A stretch of DNA of 64,000 nucleotides from Planctomycetota bacterium (lineage in GTDB: Bacteria; Planctomycetota; UBA8108; SXIK01): contig CBDCXR010000004.1 in the NCBI GenBank assembly GCA_965223845.1, positions 736,001-800,000 on the forward strand, in the 5' to 3' direction. The position numbers were made by a program, and so were the translations under genes. Positions 50,638-61,700 of the stretch are shown in pieces. The stretch's first letter is position 1. Each line of letters opens with the position of its first letter. A model generated the notes under the pieces. It saw only the letters and a list, made by a program, of their open reading frames with translations, did no database searches and was not told the origin of the DNA.

Positions 50638-52275
50638 CTACGCCAGCTGCGCGACACTCTCGGGCGAATGGCACTGATCGAACGTCAGCCCCATCAGCTC
50701 GGCGAGGCTTTCGAGCTGGAAGGGCTTCGCGAGGAATCCGTGCGCGGCGCGAACGAGGGACTCGTGTTCGGCCGTCGGCGGGCGTCCGGACGTCAAGATC
50801 ACCCGCGGCGGCGACTCGAGCTGCTGAAAGCGAGTCAGCGAGGACATCGTATCGCCGCGTCCCTGCAAATAGAGATCGACGATCGCGTAGTCGAAGGGAT
50901 CGATGGCGCACGCTTCGATCGCAGGCTCGAGGCGAGAGCAGCACTCCACGTTGTGCGCCCGGAGGAAATGATGGAGGCAGTCTCGAGTTGCCGCGTCGTC
51001 ATCGACGACCACGATACGGAGCGGGCGGTCGAGGGGCTTCGCGACGCGGGCCTTACGGGTGGAGCGGGCCGGTCGCTTCCCGGACGCCTCCAGCGCAGCT
51101 GGAGAAGGTGGCGGAAACACAACGGCGAACGTCGCCCCTTCGCGGTCGTCTTCGTCGACGAGCTCGATCGTGCCGCCACAACTCTGAACGATGTTGTAGG
51201 AGACCGAAAGTCCGAGGCCCGTTCCGGTCTCCTCGTCGCTCCCGCGCGGGCCCTTCGTCGTGAAGAACGGGTCGAAGATGCGGATCCGGTTTTCGCGCGC
51301 GACGCCGCAACCATTGTCCGCGACACGAAGGACGACCGAGCCGGGCGCTTCTCCGTGCTCGAGTGAGATGCGGATGAGTCCGGTCCCGCGATCTACCGCG
51401 TGGAGCGCGTTGATCATCAAATTGAGGATGACTTCCTGGAGCTTCGCCGCACCGATGCCGACGTGGCCGAGGTTCTCCGCGATGTCGCTTACGACGCGCA
51501 CGGAGCGAGTCTCGACCTCACGGTGAAGCAGTCGGATGCAATCCTGCACGACCTCGCACGGGTCGCAGGTCGCGTGGTCGTCCGCGTGCTGATTGTAGGT
51601 CGCGAGGCTGCGCGTGAGATCCATCGCGCGTTCCGCCTGAGTGAGCGTGACGCGCACAAACTCTTCGGCGTACGCCCGGTCGCGCGACGCGAGCTGCGCG
51701 TATGCCGCGATTCCGCCCAGGATGTTGTTGAACTCGTGGGCGACACCGGAGGCGAGGAGTCCGATCGTCGCCATCTTTTCCGATCGCACGAGATCGCTCT
51801 GGCTCTTCACGAGCTGGCGATTGCGCTCTTCCAGATGGTCCGTGAGGGCCTTCATACGGAGAAACGTAGCCGTGCGCGCGAGCAGCTCCGGCACTTGGAA
51901 CGGCTTTCTCACGTAGTCGTCGGCGCCGGCTTCGAAGCCCTCGACGCAGTGATCGACCGAAGCGCGTCCGGTCACGAGAATGACGCGGATGTTGCGCGTT
52001 GCTGGATCGCCCTTAAGGGCGCGGCAAACTTCGATTCCGTTCTTCTTCGGCATCATGACATCGAGAAGGACCAGATCGGGCTGCTCTCGCCGCGCGAGCT
52101 CCAGGCCTTCGTCGCCGTCCGCCGCTTCGGAGAGGCGATACCCCTGCCGGGACAGGATCCGATGCAGGATGCGACGAATGTCTCGATTGTCGTCGACGAC
52201 GAGCACGTGCGATCCGCGAATATCGAGTTCGGGATCGTTCGCGCTCATCTCGGAAGAGACGGAATCGGGGCTCAT
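50638..52275 (-). CDS. Hybrid sensor histidine kinase (REC-HisKA-HATPase-REC), cytoplasmic
   Basis: LVVDDN, LLDVMMP, GVAHEFNN (H box), LNLMINA, DNGCG, FDPFFTTK, GTGLGL, second receiver VVVDDD..KPF. Confidence 0.92.
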   Translation of the reverse strand: MSPDSVSSEMSANDPELDIRGSHVLVVDDNRDIRRILHRILSRQGYRLSEAADGDEGLELARREQPDLVLLDVMMPKKNGIEVCRALKGDPATRNIRVILVTGRASVDHCVEGFEAGADDYVRKPFQVPELLARTATFLRMKALTDHLEERNRQLVKSQSDLVRSEKMATIGLLASGVAHEFNNILGGIAAYAQLASRDRAYAEEFVRVTLTQAERAMDLTRSLATYNQHADDHATCDPCEVVQDCIRLLHREVETRSVRVVSDIAENLGHVGIGAAKLQEVILNLMINALHAVDRGTGLIRISLEHGEAPGSVVLRVADNGCGVARENRIRIFDPFFTTKGPRGSDEETGTGLGLSVSYNIVQSCGGTIELVDEDDREGATFAVVFPPPSPAALEASGKRPARSTRKARVAKPLDRPLRIVVVDDDAATRDCLHHFLRAHNVECCSRLEPAIEACAIDPFDYAIVDLYLQGRGDTMSSLTRFQQLESPPRVILTSGRPPTAEHESLVRAAHGFLAKPFQLESLAELMGLTFDQCHSPESVAQLA

Positions 52276-52409
52276 CGGCTTCCCTGGGCTGGCCGCCGTC
52301 GTGACGGCGATGGAGTCGACTCGAGGTTGCTGTTCGGAGGATACGATGCGCGTGTGGACCCGACCCAGCGTGTGCCCGATAAGCTGCGGCGGGGCGCGTC
52401 GGGAACGAA

Positions 52410-53348
52410 TCAGCCGAGGTCGTCGACGAGGGCCGAAAACTCCGGCGGAAGCGGCGCCGCGAGCGCCACGTCCGATTTCCAGCGCGGGTGATGGAACCGC
52501 AGCGCGCGAGCGTGGAGTAGAAAACGGTCCGGAAAACCCGAACCGCCGCTCCGACCTCCGTAGCGAGTGTCGCCGACGATCGGATAGCCGGCCGCCGCGA
52601 GGTGAATTCGAATCTGGTTCTGGCGACCCGTTTTCGGCTCGCAGGCGAGAAGGGTGAAGTCGCGCAGACGGGCGATGACGCGGACCCGCGTCGTCGCCGA
52701 CTTCAGCTGCTCGTGCTCGAGCGAGGAGCGGAGGCAGCGCCCCTCGCCGATCGGAATTTCGATCGCCGCCCGATCGTCCGGGAATCGACCGGGAACCAGA
52801 GCGAGATACTCCTTCTCGACGAGACGGTTCTCGAACTGGTATTGCACCTTCTTGTGGCAGTACGGATCCTTCCCGACAACGAGCAGTCCCGTCGTGTCGC
52901 GGTCGAGTCGATGGCAGAGACGCGGCGTTACGCGCTCCCCGTCTTCCGTTTGCGCGTCTCGGTAGCGGTGGTGGAGGTAGTTCATGAGAGTGTCGTACAC
53001 GTGGCGACCGACCGGGTGAACGAGGATGCCCGGTGGCTTGTTGACGACGACCAGCCAACGATCCTCGTAGACGACGTCGATCTCGTGCGCGTCGTAGTCT
53101 TCCGGTACGCCAACGCCGCGAGAGAGGTGAAGCGTGACGAGGTCACCGCAGCGAATCTTGCGCGAGGCCTTCGATGGTTCTCCGTTGACTGCGACGTGCC
53201 CGCCCGAGATAGCCTTTTGAATGCGAGTGCGCGACTTCCACTCGAGGTTTTCCCGTAAGAATCGATCGAGACGCTGCGGCTCGGCCGCGCGCGCCTCGAT
53301 CGTGATCCGGTCGCGCGGACTGGAAAGATCTCGTCCACGTCCGATCAC
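52410..53348 (-). CDS. rluD: RluA/RluD family pseudouridine synthase with S4 domain
   Basis: RLDRFL, SRTRIQKAI, VNKPPG, HRLDRDTTG, KTGRQNQIRIH, PIVGD, LHA. Confidence 0.85.
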   Translation of the reverse strand: MIGRGRDLSSPRDRITIEARAAEPQRLDRFLRENLEWKSRTRIQKAISGGHVAVNGEPSKASRKIRCGDLVTLHLSRGVGVPEDYDAHEIDVVYEDRWLVVVNKPPGILVHPVGRHVYDTLMNYLHHRYRDAQTEDGERVTPRLCHRLDRDTTGLLVVGKDPYCHKKVQYQFENRLVEKEYLALVPGRFPDDRAAIEIPIGEGRCLRSSLEHEQLKSATTRVRVIARLRDFTLLACEPKTGRQNQIRIHLAAAGYPIVGDTRYGGRSGGSGFPDRFLLHARALRFHHPRWKSDVALAAPLPPEFSALVDDLG

Positions 53349-54250
53349 GACGGCGACTCCTCGACGCGTTCGGGGGCTCTCGGCCCGGCGAGCGACGGAT
53401 AGACATCGACGAGAGACCTCGGCGCGGGCGGTGGCGTCCCGCCGAGCATGCGAACGAGCTGGAGCGCGTTCGCGACCGCCTGCCCGCGAAAGTGATTGTT
53501 CGCGATCACGTAGGTCGAGAGCGCGCGCGCCGCGACGCGCTCGACGGCGCGAGCGATCGTCCCGAGCTCGGAAACCGAGTAGAGATAGTCGTACTTCTCG
53601 TCTCGCGACGATTCGCGCGAGAACCACGCGCGGTGATTCCGGCCGTGGAGCCGGAAGTAGCCGACGGAGGAAGTATTGACGGAGCTCAGCGACGGTGCGG
53701 TTCGCGCTCGAGGGAGATCGATATTCACGAACCCGACTCCGATGTCTTCGAAGAACGGAAGCGCGCCCCCGCGGGAAGTCGAAACGAACGACGTGTGCCG
53801 AACCTCGACGAAAACGGGAAGCGGCGCGAGCTCGGAGGCGATCGCGCGGATGCGCTCGCGGTTCGCGCTCGAGTCTTCGAAGTACCAGGGAAACTGAACG
53901 AGGATCCCGCCCAGACGACTCGCCCGAGAAATCGGCTCGAGCCCGTCGCGAAACCGCGCGCACTCCGCGACGATCTCGGCCGCGACGGATTCGCGCGTGT
54001 GCGTAAGTGAGCGCGGCGCCTTCAGAGTGAAGGTGAATCCTGGATGATCGGCAACCGCCTCCGTCCAACGCTCGGCGTCGCTCGACGCCAGACCGCCATA
54101 AAACGTCCGGTTGACTTCGACACAATCGAAGAGCGCCGCGATCGCGCGGAGCGGCGCCGGCCCGCGGGAACCCGAAGGGTAGACGGTCCCCTCCCAGTCT
54201 GGGTACGACCAGCCCGCCGTTCCGACCCGAACGCCCGGTGCAGGCGACAT
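53345..54250 (-). CDS. DUF72 family protein
   Basis: VGTAGWSYPDW, VEVNRTFY, FTLKAP..LTH, LVQFP, VEVRH, YFRLHGRN, YDYLYS, NNH. Confidence 0.9.
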   Translation of the reverse strand: MSPAPGVRVGTAGWSYPDWEGTVYPSGSRGPAPLRAIAALFDCVEVNRTFYGGLASSDAERWTEAVADHPGFTFTLKAPRSLTHTRESVAAEIVAECARFRDGLEPISRASRLGGILVQFPWYFEDSSANRERIRAIASELAPLPVFVEVRHTSFVSTSRGGALPFFEDIGVGFVNIDLPRARTAPSLSSVNTSSVGYFRLHGRNHRAWFSRESSRDEKYDYLYSVSELGTIARAVERVAARALSTYVIANNHFRGQAVANALQLVRMLGGTPPPAPRSLVDVYPSLAGPRAPERVEESPS

Positions 54251-54258
54251 CGAGCCGT

Positions 54259-54741
54259 TCACTCCGGGGCCCCCTCCGCCGGTCGCGGGGCGTTCGGCGT
54301 CGCGAACACACGAACGAACGGGACGTACTCCCAGGCGTAGCCCACCCGATCCGCCGCCCGGCGCAGCCGGTCGTAGAGCTCTCCGTAGAGCGCCTCGAGC
54401 TCGTCCCGATAACGCTCGTCGCAGAAGTAGGTCCGGCACCCGAGAGGACGCCGCTCCCGCTCGGTGCACACCCCCCCGCGCCAGAACGGGCAGAGCTCTC
54501 CGTCTCCAGCGGGATCCGGCGAGTGCTTCTCCCGAATGTAGTCGACCTCGGCCGAGCTCGCGTAGAGGTGATGATCGGCCCGGCGAAAGTCGCAGCAGAT
54601 TCCGCGCACCCAGCACGCGACGCCGATCTCGGCGACGCGGCGATCGGCTTCGGCGTAGATCGACTCGAGCTCCCGCCGAAGCGCGTCGGGAAGGAGCCGC
54701 GGGGGCGGAGGTGCCGGAGGGCTGGACTGCACGGAGCTCAT
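54259..54741 (-). CDS. YkgJ-like cysteine-cluster (Fe-S/Zn) protein
   Basis: CWVRGICC, CPFW, C....RPLGCRTYFC. Confidence 0.75.
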   Translation of the reverse strand: MSSVQSSPPAPPPPRLLPDALRRELESIYAEADRRVAEIGVACWVRGICCDFRRADHHLYASSAEVDYIREKHSPDPAGDGELCPFWRGGVCTERERRPLGCRTYFCDERYRDELEALYGELYDRLRRAADRVGYAWEYVPFVRVFATPNAPRPAEGAPE

Positions 54742-54948
54742 CGCCGTCAGAATACCCGATCGGTCAGCGCGCCGGCGGGCGTAAGAAGCGCGCGTTGCCG
54801 GGGGTTTCGCTCGATTCGTCCCGACGGAGCCGAGCTACGGGTAAGTGCCGACGGTCAGGATGCCGGACAAGGGTTCCGCGGCCCGCTCCGCGCGCGCGGA
54901 TTTGTAACTGTCTTCGAATTAAGTGCTTAGGTGATTCTCTCGGGCCGA

Positions 54949-54964
54949 TGGAACGAGCTTTGCA
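54949..54964 (+). promoter_or_regulatory. Sigma54 (-24/-12) promoter
   Basis: TGGAACG-AGCT-TTGCA versus consensus TGGCACG-N4-TTGCW: one mismatch, exact spacing; AT-rich element ~20 nt upstream. Confidence 0.65.
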
Positions 54965-55535
54965 TTCTCGAATCGCGGCGAGCAGAGACTGGGGGCAGGT
55001 TTTTTCTACGGGCCGGTAAAGGCGGTGAGCCAAAGGTCCGATACAGTTTAGAAGATTCGATCCTCCCGGTGATCGGACGCGGTGCACCTTCGACGCGGGC
55101 GCGCAGTGTCTGGTCCGACCGGCGAGGCCTGATCGGACGACGATGCGGGCTCGGCGCCGAGCCCGGAGCGGGTCGTCCGGCCGGGCGCGCGTCGGCGGGA
55201 GGGCGGATGCGGGTGCGTCATTCGGGTGCGGGGAGAGACCGAGTGCGCCGCGAGTGCGGCGGACCGGCGGGGTACCCCAAGACGGCGCGGGGGCGAAGGT
55301 TCCCGATCTCCGTCGTAGTTCCCTGGAGCGAGCCGGTCGGCACGTTCGAAGAAGGGATACCGGGGAATTTGTTTCCCTCGGGACCGATCACGCAACCTCC
55401 GGGAAGCGTCCGGTGCTCGTCTCGATCCGCAGTTCTCCTTCCGAAGCGCATGCGATCACGTCCCGGCGGGGGACGGACCGCCGCGCTCCGGGCGGGTAGA
55501 GCCCGGAGAGTCAATCCCTCTCTTACGTCGACGCG

Positions 55536-58500
55536 ATGGGACTGCGAAGCCCGCTCAGCCAGTTTGTCGAGGACTCGAGTGCCTCCCGTTCTCGCGGGTC
55601 TCGAGCCGCGTTCGCGTTTCTCGTGATCGCCAACGCCGGTGTCCTCACCAGTTCCGCGCTCGCGGCGCCGACCGGAGCCGAGGGGCGCGGCGACGCCGCG
55701 TGGCGACGCGGCCGGCCGGCGTACATGGAGGCGCTGCGTGCGTGGGATCGACACCGCTCGATCGCCGAGCAGCTCGGCGACGGCGCGGCGCTCACTCGTT
55801 CGGGGGCCGAACGTCGACTCGTACAGATCCGCCTCCGCGACTGGTCCGGCCTCGCACCTGCGCCGCGAACGAAGCGGAGCGACCCGGTCGCGTCCTCGCC
55901 GATCGCCGTCGCCGAGCTCGAAACCCTCGCGCGGCTACTCGGCGAGGCGAGGAAGAGACACGCCCGGATCGCCGTACGGGAACCCGGAGACGAGCTTCTC
56001 CTCGCTGAAGCCGCCGCGCTCGCGCAGCGCTGGGTCGGCGACGTCCATCTTGTCGCGGCCGACAAGGAATACGTCGAGGCGCTGCGGGCGGTCGCCGGTG
56101 ACGGGCCGGAGTCGACCGCGGCCCGCGTGCGCCTTTCGCTCAAGCTTCGCCGATTCGCCGAGGCGAATGCGCTCGCGGCGGCGAACGCAGCCACTCTCGA
56201 CAAGCTCAACGGCAAGGACCTTGTCGACCATCTGCGGAACCTTCAGACTCTCGCCCGGCTCGACGGTCGCACACGTGAGGTCGCAGCGCTCTCTCAGCGA
56301 ATCGTTCGCGCCGGGGGAACCGCCGAAGAACGCGCACTTCCGGCGCCGCGGTTCTCGCCGTTTCTCACCGCGCCCCGCGCGGATCTCGCGCGCGTCGCGC
56401 GCACCCTCCTGCGCATTGCATCGGATTCGAGCCTTCCGACGCGCGAGCTTCGCGTAGCTTCGCTCATCGCGGGGGCGGCCGCGATGGAGCTCGGCGAGTT
56501 CGCCCTCGCCGATCAGATCCTTCGCGGAGTGAGCTCGACCGGGACGGATTCTTGGCTCAGGGCATCGGTGGCCGGTCGCACCGGACTCTGCCGTCTCGAG
56601 CTCGGCGACTACGAGGGTGCGCTCCACTCTCTGTCGGCGGCGAGTGATGCGGTCGGCTCCGTGCGTGGTGTGCGCGAGCTCGACCTCCGCCTCGAGCTCG
56701 CGCGCGCTCGCGCGCAGCTCGGACTCGGGCAGCTCGAAGCCGCGCGACAGGCGGCGTTCGGAGTCCTGAGTGCGAGCCGAGCGACCCCGCGGCTCAAGGT
56801 GGACGCGCGACTTTTGCTCGCGGCCGTCCTCTACGAAGACGCGCGCGAGGCGCCGCGTCTCGTTCCCGATGTGCGGAGCGCTCACCGCGCCGTCGAGCGT
56901 GAGCTCGCCGCGCGAGACGACTGGCCGAAGGTCGAGCGCGTCGAGATCGAGACGGCGCTCGCCGTCGGACGCGCGAACACTCACCGTCTCGAGCTCATCC
57001 ACTTGGGTGCCCGTGCGACGCCGGCGCAGATCGCTGAGCATCGGCGCGCCGCGATCGCGCTTCAGGACGAAGCGATGCGAAAGGCGAACGACGCCGGACT
57101 CTTCCGTCTCGCCGCCGTCGCGGCGGCGAATCTCGGCGAGCTCTACGTCGAGAGCGGAGATCAGAAGGCGGCGGAGCGCTTCGTGCGCTGGGCCCTCGAG
57201 CGTGCGCGCGAACATCGTCAGTTCGAGACCGAGTGGCGTTGCCACTGGTATCTCGGGCGAATCGCCTCGGCGCGAGGCGAAGACGCTCGAGCGGAGGAAT
57301 CCTTCGCGCGAGCACTCAAGCTCGTCGAGTCCTACCGCTCGCGTGTGCTCGACTTCGAGCGACGGAGCGGATTCCTCAGCGACAAGGCGTCGCTGTACCG
57401 CGATCTCGTGGCGCGTCGCATCGCTGCCGGCGATGCAGCGGGCGCGCTCGGACTCGCGGAGCGCGCCAAGGCGCGGGCGCTCGTCGAATCGATCGGATGG
57501 CGTTACGTCAGATTCTCGGATCCCGCCGATCGTGCGGTCTACACCCAATTCGTCGATCTCCTCGGTCAAGCGGAGCGAGCACGGCGGGGCGGTGCCACCG
57601 CGCTTTTCGGCGCCCCGTCGAAACCTGCGAGCTACGATTCCATCCGCAGTCGCCTCGATGCGCTGAAGGAGGATCTCCGGCGGCGGGCGCGTGACAATCC
57701 GGCGCTCGCGGCTCTCGTCGACGGTCAGCCGCTCTCGAGCGCGGAGATCCGGGCATTCATCCCGAAGAATACCGTTCTCGTCGAATACTTCGCCGTTACG
57801 GACGGACTCGTCGCCTTCCTCGTCGATCGCGAATCGGTCGCGGCCGTTCCCATCGATGTCCGCAGCGATGCTCTCCGCGCTGAAGTGTCGGCGTTCGTTC
57901 GCGGCGGCGCCGCGGACGGGGAGCGCGCGCGTCGTCTCTACGGTTGGCTCGTCGCACCGCTCGCGTCGCGGCTCAGCGCGGAGTCGGTCGTCATCGTTCC
58001 GTACGGACCGCTCCACCAGCTCCCGTTCGAGACTTTGATCGGTCCACGCGGACCGCTCGTCCGCGAGTTCGAGCTCAGCTACCTTCCCGCCGCGAGCCTA
58101 CTGCGGTTCCGCGCGTCGGCCGCCGAGTGCGATCCCGAATCGCTCCGGCTCTTCGCTGTCGTCGATCCGGTTACGGACTACGACGGCGACGGCGAGCGCG
58201 ATCTCCCGAGTCTTCCCGGCGCGCGGAAGGAGGTCGAAGGATTCGCGTGGCGATTCGGGGACCGGACGGAAATCCTCGCGGGCGCGGCCGCTCTCGAGCC
58301 GGCGTGCGTCGAGGGCGCCGGCGATCACAACGTGATCCACTACGCCTGCCACGGCGAGTTTTATCCAACCCGACCTTGGGATTCGCCGCTTTTCGTCGCT
58401 CCGGGAAAGAAGACCGAGCCGAGAGACGACGGGAGGCTGCGGGCGGGCGAGGTCTACGGTCTCGATCTCAGCTCGAGCTGTCTCGTCACTCTCTCGGGGT

Positions 58501-58772
58501 GCGAGACGGGGAAGAACGAAGTACGGCCGGGCGACGACCCGGTGAGTCTCTCGACCGCGTTTCTCCACTCCGGTGCGAGCTCTCTGCTCGTCAGTCTTTG
58601 GAAAGTCGAGGACGAGGCGACGGCCGAATTGATGAAGCGGTTTTACTCGAAGTGGATCGGCGAAAAGAAGTCGAAGGCGCGAGCGCTGCGCGAAGCGAAG
58701 ACGGAGCTATCGATGGGCGCGTACCGCCACCCACGCCAGTGGGGGGCCTTCATTCTGATTGGTGAACCATGA
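55536..58772 (+). CDS. TPR-CHAT (caspase-like) protease
   Basis: TPR helices, AERAKARAL, PYGPLHQLPFE, IHYACHG (His), LVTLSGCETG (Cys), SLWKVED, HPRQWGAF; hydrophobic N-terminal segment ending ALA. Confidence 0.92.
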   Translation: MGLRSPLSQFVEDSSASRSRGSRAAFAFLVIANAGVLTSSALAAPTGAEGRGDAAWRRGRPAYMEALRAWDRHRSIAEQLGDGAALTRSGAERRLVQIRLRDWSGLAPAPRTKRSDPVASSPIAVAELETLARLLGEARKRHARIAVREPGDELLLAEAAALAQRWVGDVHLVAADKEYVEALRAVAGDGPESTAARVRLSLKLRRFAEANALAAANAATLDKLNGKDLVDHLRNLQTLARLDGRTREVAALSQRIVRAGGTAEERALPAPRFSPFLTAPRADLARVARTLLRIASDSSLPTRELRVASLIAGAAAMELGEFALADQILRGVSSTGTDSWLRASVAGRTGLCRLELGDYEGALHSLSAASDAVGSVRGVRELDLRLELARARAQLGLGQLEAARQAAFGVLSASRATPRLKVDARLLLAAVLYEDAREAPRLVPDVRSAHRAVERELAARDDWPKVERVEIETALAVGRANTHRLELIHLGARATPAQIAEHRRAAIALQDEAMRKANDAGLFRLAAVAAANLGELYVESGDQKAAERFVRWALERAREHRQFETEWRCHWYLGRIASARGEDARAEESFARALKLVESYRSRVLDFERRSGFLSDKASLYRDLVARRIAAGDAAGALGLAERAKARALVESIGWRYVRFSDPADRAVYTQFVDLLGQAERARRGGATALFGAPSKPASYDSIRSRLDALKEDLRRRARDNPALAALVDGQPLSSAEIRAFIPKNTVLVEYFAVTDGLVAFLVDRESVAAVPIDVRSDALRAEVSAFVRGGAADGERARRLYGWLVAPLASRLSAESVVIVPYGPLHQLPFETLIGPRGPLVREFELSYLPAASLLRFRASAAECDPESLRLFAVVDPVTDYDGDGERDLPSLPGARKEVEGFAWRFGDRTEILAGAAALEPACVEGAGDHNVIHYACHGEFYPTRPWDSPLFVAPGKKTEPRDDGRLRAGEVYGLDLSSSCLVTLSGCETGKNEVRPGDDPVSLSTAFLHSGASSLLVSLWKVEDEATAELMKRFYSKWIGEKKSKARALREAKTELSMGAYRHPRQWGAFILIGEP

Positions 58773-61700
58773 AAATCTCGCGATGGACTGCACCTTGGAT
58801 CGAGTTCACGTCGCCGCGGGACCGGCGTCTCCCGACGGCGGTCTTTTCCCGCGCGCTGGTCGCGTGTGGAATCGGAATCGTTCTCGGTGCCGCGACGAGC
58901 TGCCGTTCGACGTCGGAACCAGAGCCTGATCTGACGGGCGCGATGCTCGGCGCGGCGGAACGAGAGCGCGCTGCGGATCTGGACGCCCCCTCGTCCCCTG
59001 ACGAACCGCGTCCGCCGATCGTTGCGATCGAGAGCGACGGCATCGGCGGCGACGGGGCTGGCGACCAAGAGGCCGCCGAAGCATTCCTTCGTGAGACGAA
59101 GCGCGACGCAGCGAGCGAGGAAGACGCGATTCGGCGCGAGCTCGAGCGGATGCAGTCGCAGCTCGCGCGCGCCGGCACGCCGGATGAGGTCGAGCACGCG
59201 GATGCGCCGGGCTCCGACGGCGCGGCCGACTCGCCGCCAACGCCCGCCGCGGATGCGACGCTCAACCTCGACGACGCGGATCGTCTGCTCGCGAAGGCCG
59301 GTGGGATCGAAGGCCTTCCAGCCGGCGACGCAGCGGAGCCGAAAGCGCCGGAACCCGTACCGCCGGAAGTCCCCGCTCCGCCGTCGAACGACCCGCCGCC
59401 TACGTTGCGGTCGGGGAGCGCGGAGGGCGAGGCTGCGCCGAACGGGGCCGCGAGTGCGCCGCCGCCTCCGCCACCGGCCGAAGGCGCGGCGCCACCCGCG
59501 GAGAGCACGGGCGAAGAACAACCCGCGAGGCCGCAGGGCTACATGGACATCGTCCAGCTCCACCAGAAGACGGCAGACGAAGTCCTGCGTTTTTTCGCGG
59601 AGAGCTTTCCGGATTGGATCGAAAAGCGCTACGTCGAGAAGGTCCCGGGGAAGGCGCGCTCCGTGCTCGTTTTCGGCGAGAAGCCGGACGATCCCACGAC
59701 GAAGCAGATCCTCGAGATGATCGACAAGTTCGATTTTCTCGAGGTGAAACCGACCGAGATGGTCATCCGCCCGCGTTACATCGAGCCCAAGGCCGCGATG
59801 GAAGCCATCACGATGCGCGGACTCGCTCATGTTTGGCTCGTGACGAAGGAAACGAAGACGGCAACGTGGGCCGTCGGAAAGACGAGCGTCTCCGCGACGC
59901 ACGAGCACAACGTCTACGCGCCGAAGGATCTCGCCGCGACGTCCGAGCCGCCGATCGAACCGCGACCGAAGATTCCGTACGTCTACGAGCTTCCCGAGCC
60001 GCCTTCGTTCACCGTGCCCAAGGAGTACTCTGGGCGGTCGGCGGGCGACCGGACGCTCGTCGACTTCACGAACATGTCGTCGACGGAGCAGCGCGGCGCG
60101 TTCGTCGCCGTCGGAACCGAGGAAGACATCGCGGCGATCGAGGCCTTCGTCGCGGAGATCGACCAGCCGGCACGTCTCATCATGATCGAGGTGCAGGTCG
60201 TCGAGCTCGACGCCAACAAGTTCCTCGACCTCGGCATCGACTCCGTCGGCTTCGGCCAGGGACACACGCTCGGGTCGATCTCGCTTCCGCTTCCCGGTGA
60301 GCCGATCGTCCAACCCGGTCTCGGCGATACCGTCCGCCGAAGCGCCGATATCTTCGTGCCGCCGATTACCCAGGAGGGCTTCGGTCTAATCTTCGACGAC
60401 ACGTCGATCGATCTCTCGGGACGCTTCCTCGGAAACATCCACGCGCTCGTTCGCGAGGGCGACGCCACCGTGAAGGCGCGACCGAAGATTTTGACTCTCG
60501 ACGGGCGAACGAGCGTTCTCCATATCGGGCAGGAGGTGCCGACCTTCCGTTCGACGGGGGTGACCCGCGACTCGACCGAGGGCAATCTCATCAGCGAGAT
60601 CAACGAGGTCGCCAAGGAGTACGTCGGCTTTACGCTCAACATCCGGCCTCGAGTGACCGGCGGATCCACCGAGGAGGTCGCCCTTCAGCTCGAGGTGATC
60701 GCGAATCAGCTCGGCGAGCGACAACGCGTGTTCGAGCAGGACCTCCTCGGAATCCCGACGATCAACCGGAAGCACTACATCGGGGAGACAAGAGTCAAGA
60801 ATCACCGCCCGATCGTCCTCGGCGGGTTGATCCAGGAGACCGAGGTCGAGTCGGTGAACAAGATCCCGCTCCTCGGCGACATTCCTCTCCTCGGCTACCT
60901 CTTTCGGCGAACCCAGAAATCGCGAGCGCGAAACGAGGTAATCTTCGTCGTGACGCCGCACGTCCTGTCGCAGAAGGGCGTCGATCGCGCGGCGACCCCG
61001 AAGGAGAGCCCGATCTTCGATACCTTCGACAGCGCGCTCTTCAACGACAAGCACATCATCAAGGGCCGGGACGTCCTCGGAATCGATCCGATCACCGGGA
61101 ACCCGGCGGAGGTCGAAGGCCGTCCGTTTACAGAAAAAGACGTCGTCGATCTGACGCTCCTCAACATCATCAAGCAGCGTGAGCTCGTGAAGAAGCTCGG
61201 CATCCTCGACGATTACCTCGGCGACTCGACGACCGAGCTCAGTTGGGTTCAGCGCACGTGGCCGGAGCGGACGGTGAAGTGGTGGTCCGAGCGCGATCAG
61301 GAAGTGTACTTCCGCGCGGCGGCGATCGTGCTCGAGAACGTCAAGGAGTTGAATCCCGATCTCGACTACGACGAGCTGGTTCTCCCGCGGCGCGAGATCG
61401 TTCTCCCGACGACACCGTTCCGGATCAGTCTCAGCTACGATCGCGTCAAGTCGCTCCAGAATCTCAGCAAGCCGATCCTCCGCGGACAGCGAGTCGAGCT
61501 CAGCGAGTCTACGCTCATCCTCCTCCGCGAGGCGGGAGGAAAGAGTCTCCGCGACTTCGCAGATTTTCTCGCCGCGCGCGAGCGAGCCGCAGAGGACCAC
61601 GCCGAGCTCATCGTCGAGCTGAATCGACTCTACCACAGCCTGTATCCCGCGAGCGATGCGCTCGGCGCACTCGCGTACCCGGACGTTTTCCGCGAGCTCT

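Noticed and set aside
55010-55045. GGTAAAGGC..GCCAAAG as a c-di-GMP-I riboswitch
   Set aside because: Lacks the GNRA loop, the GACGCAAAG junction and a second stem with receptor
54931-55626. 231-aa ORF in the CHAT leader
   Set aside because: Arg/Gly-rich junk composition, overlaps the promoter and the CHAT start
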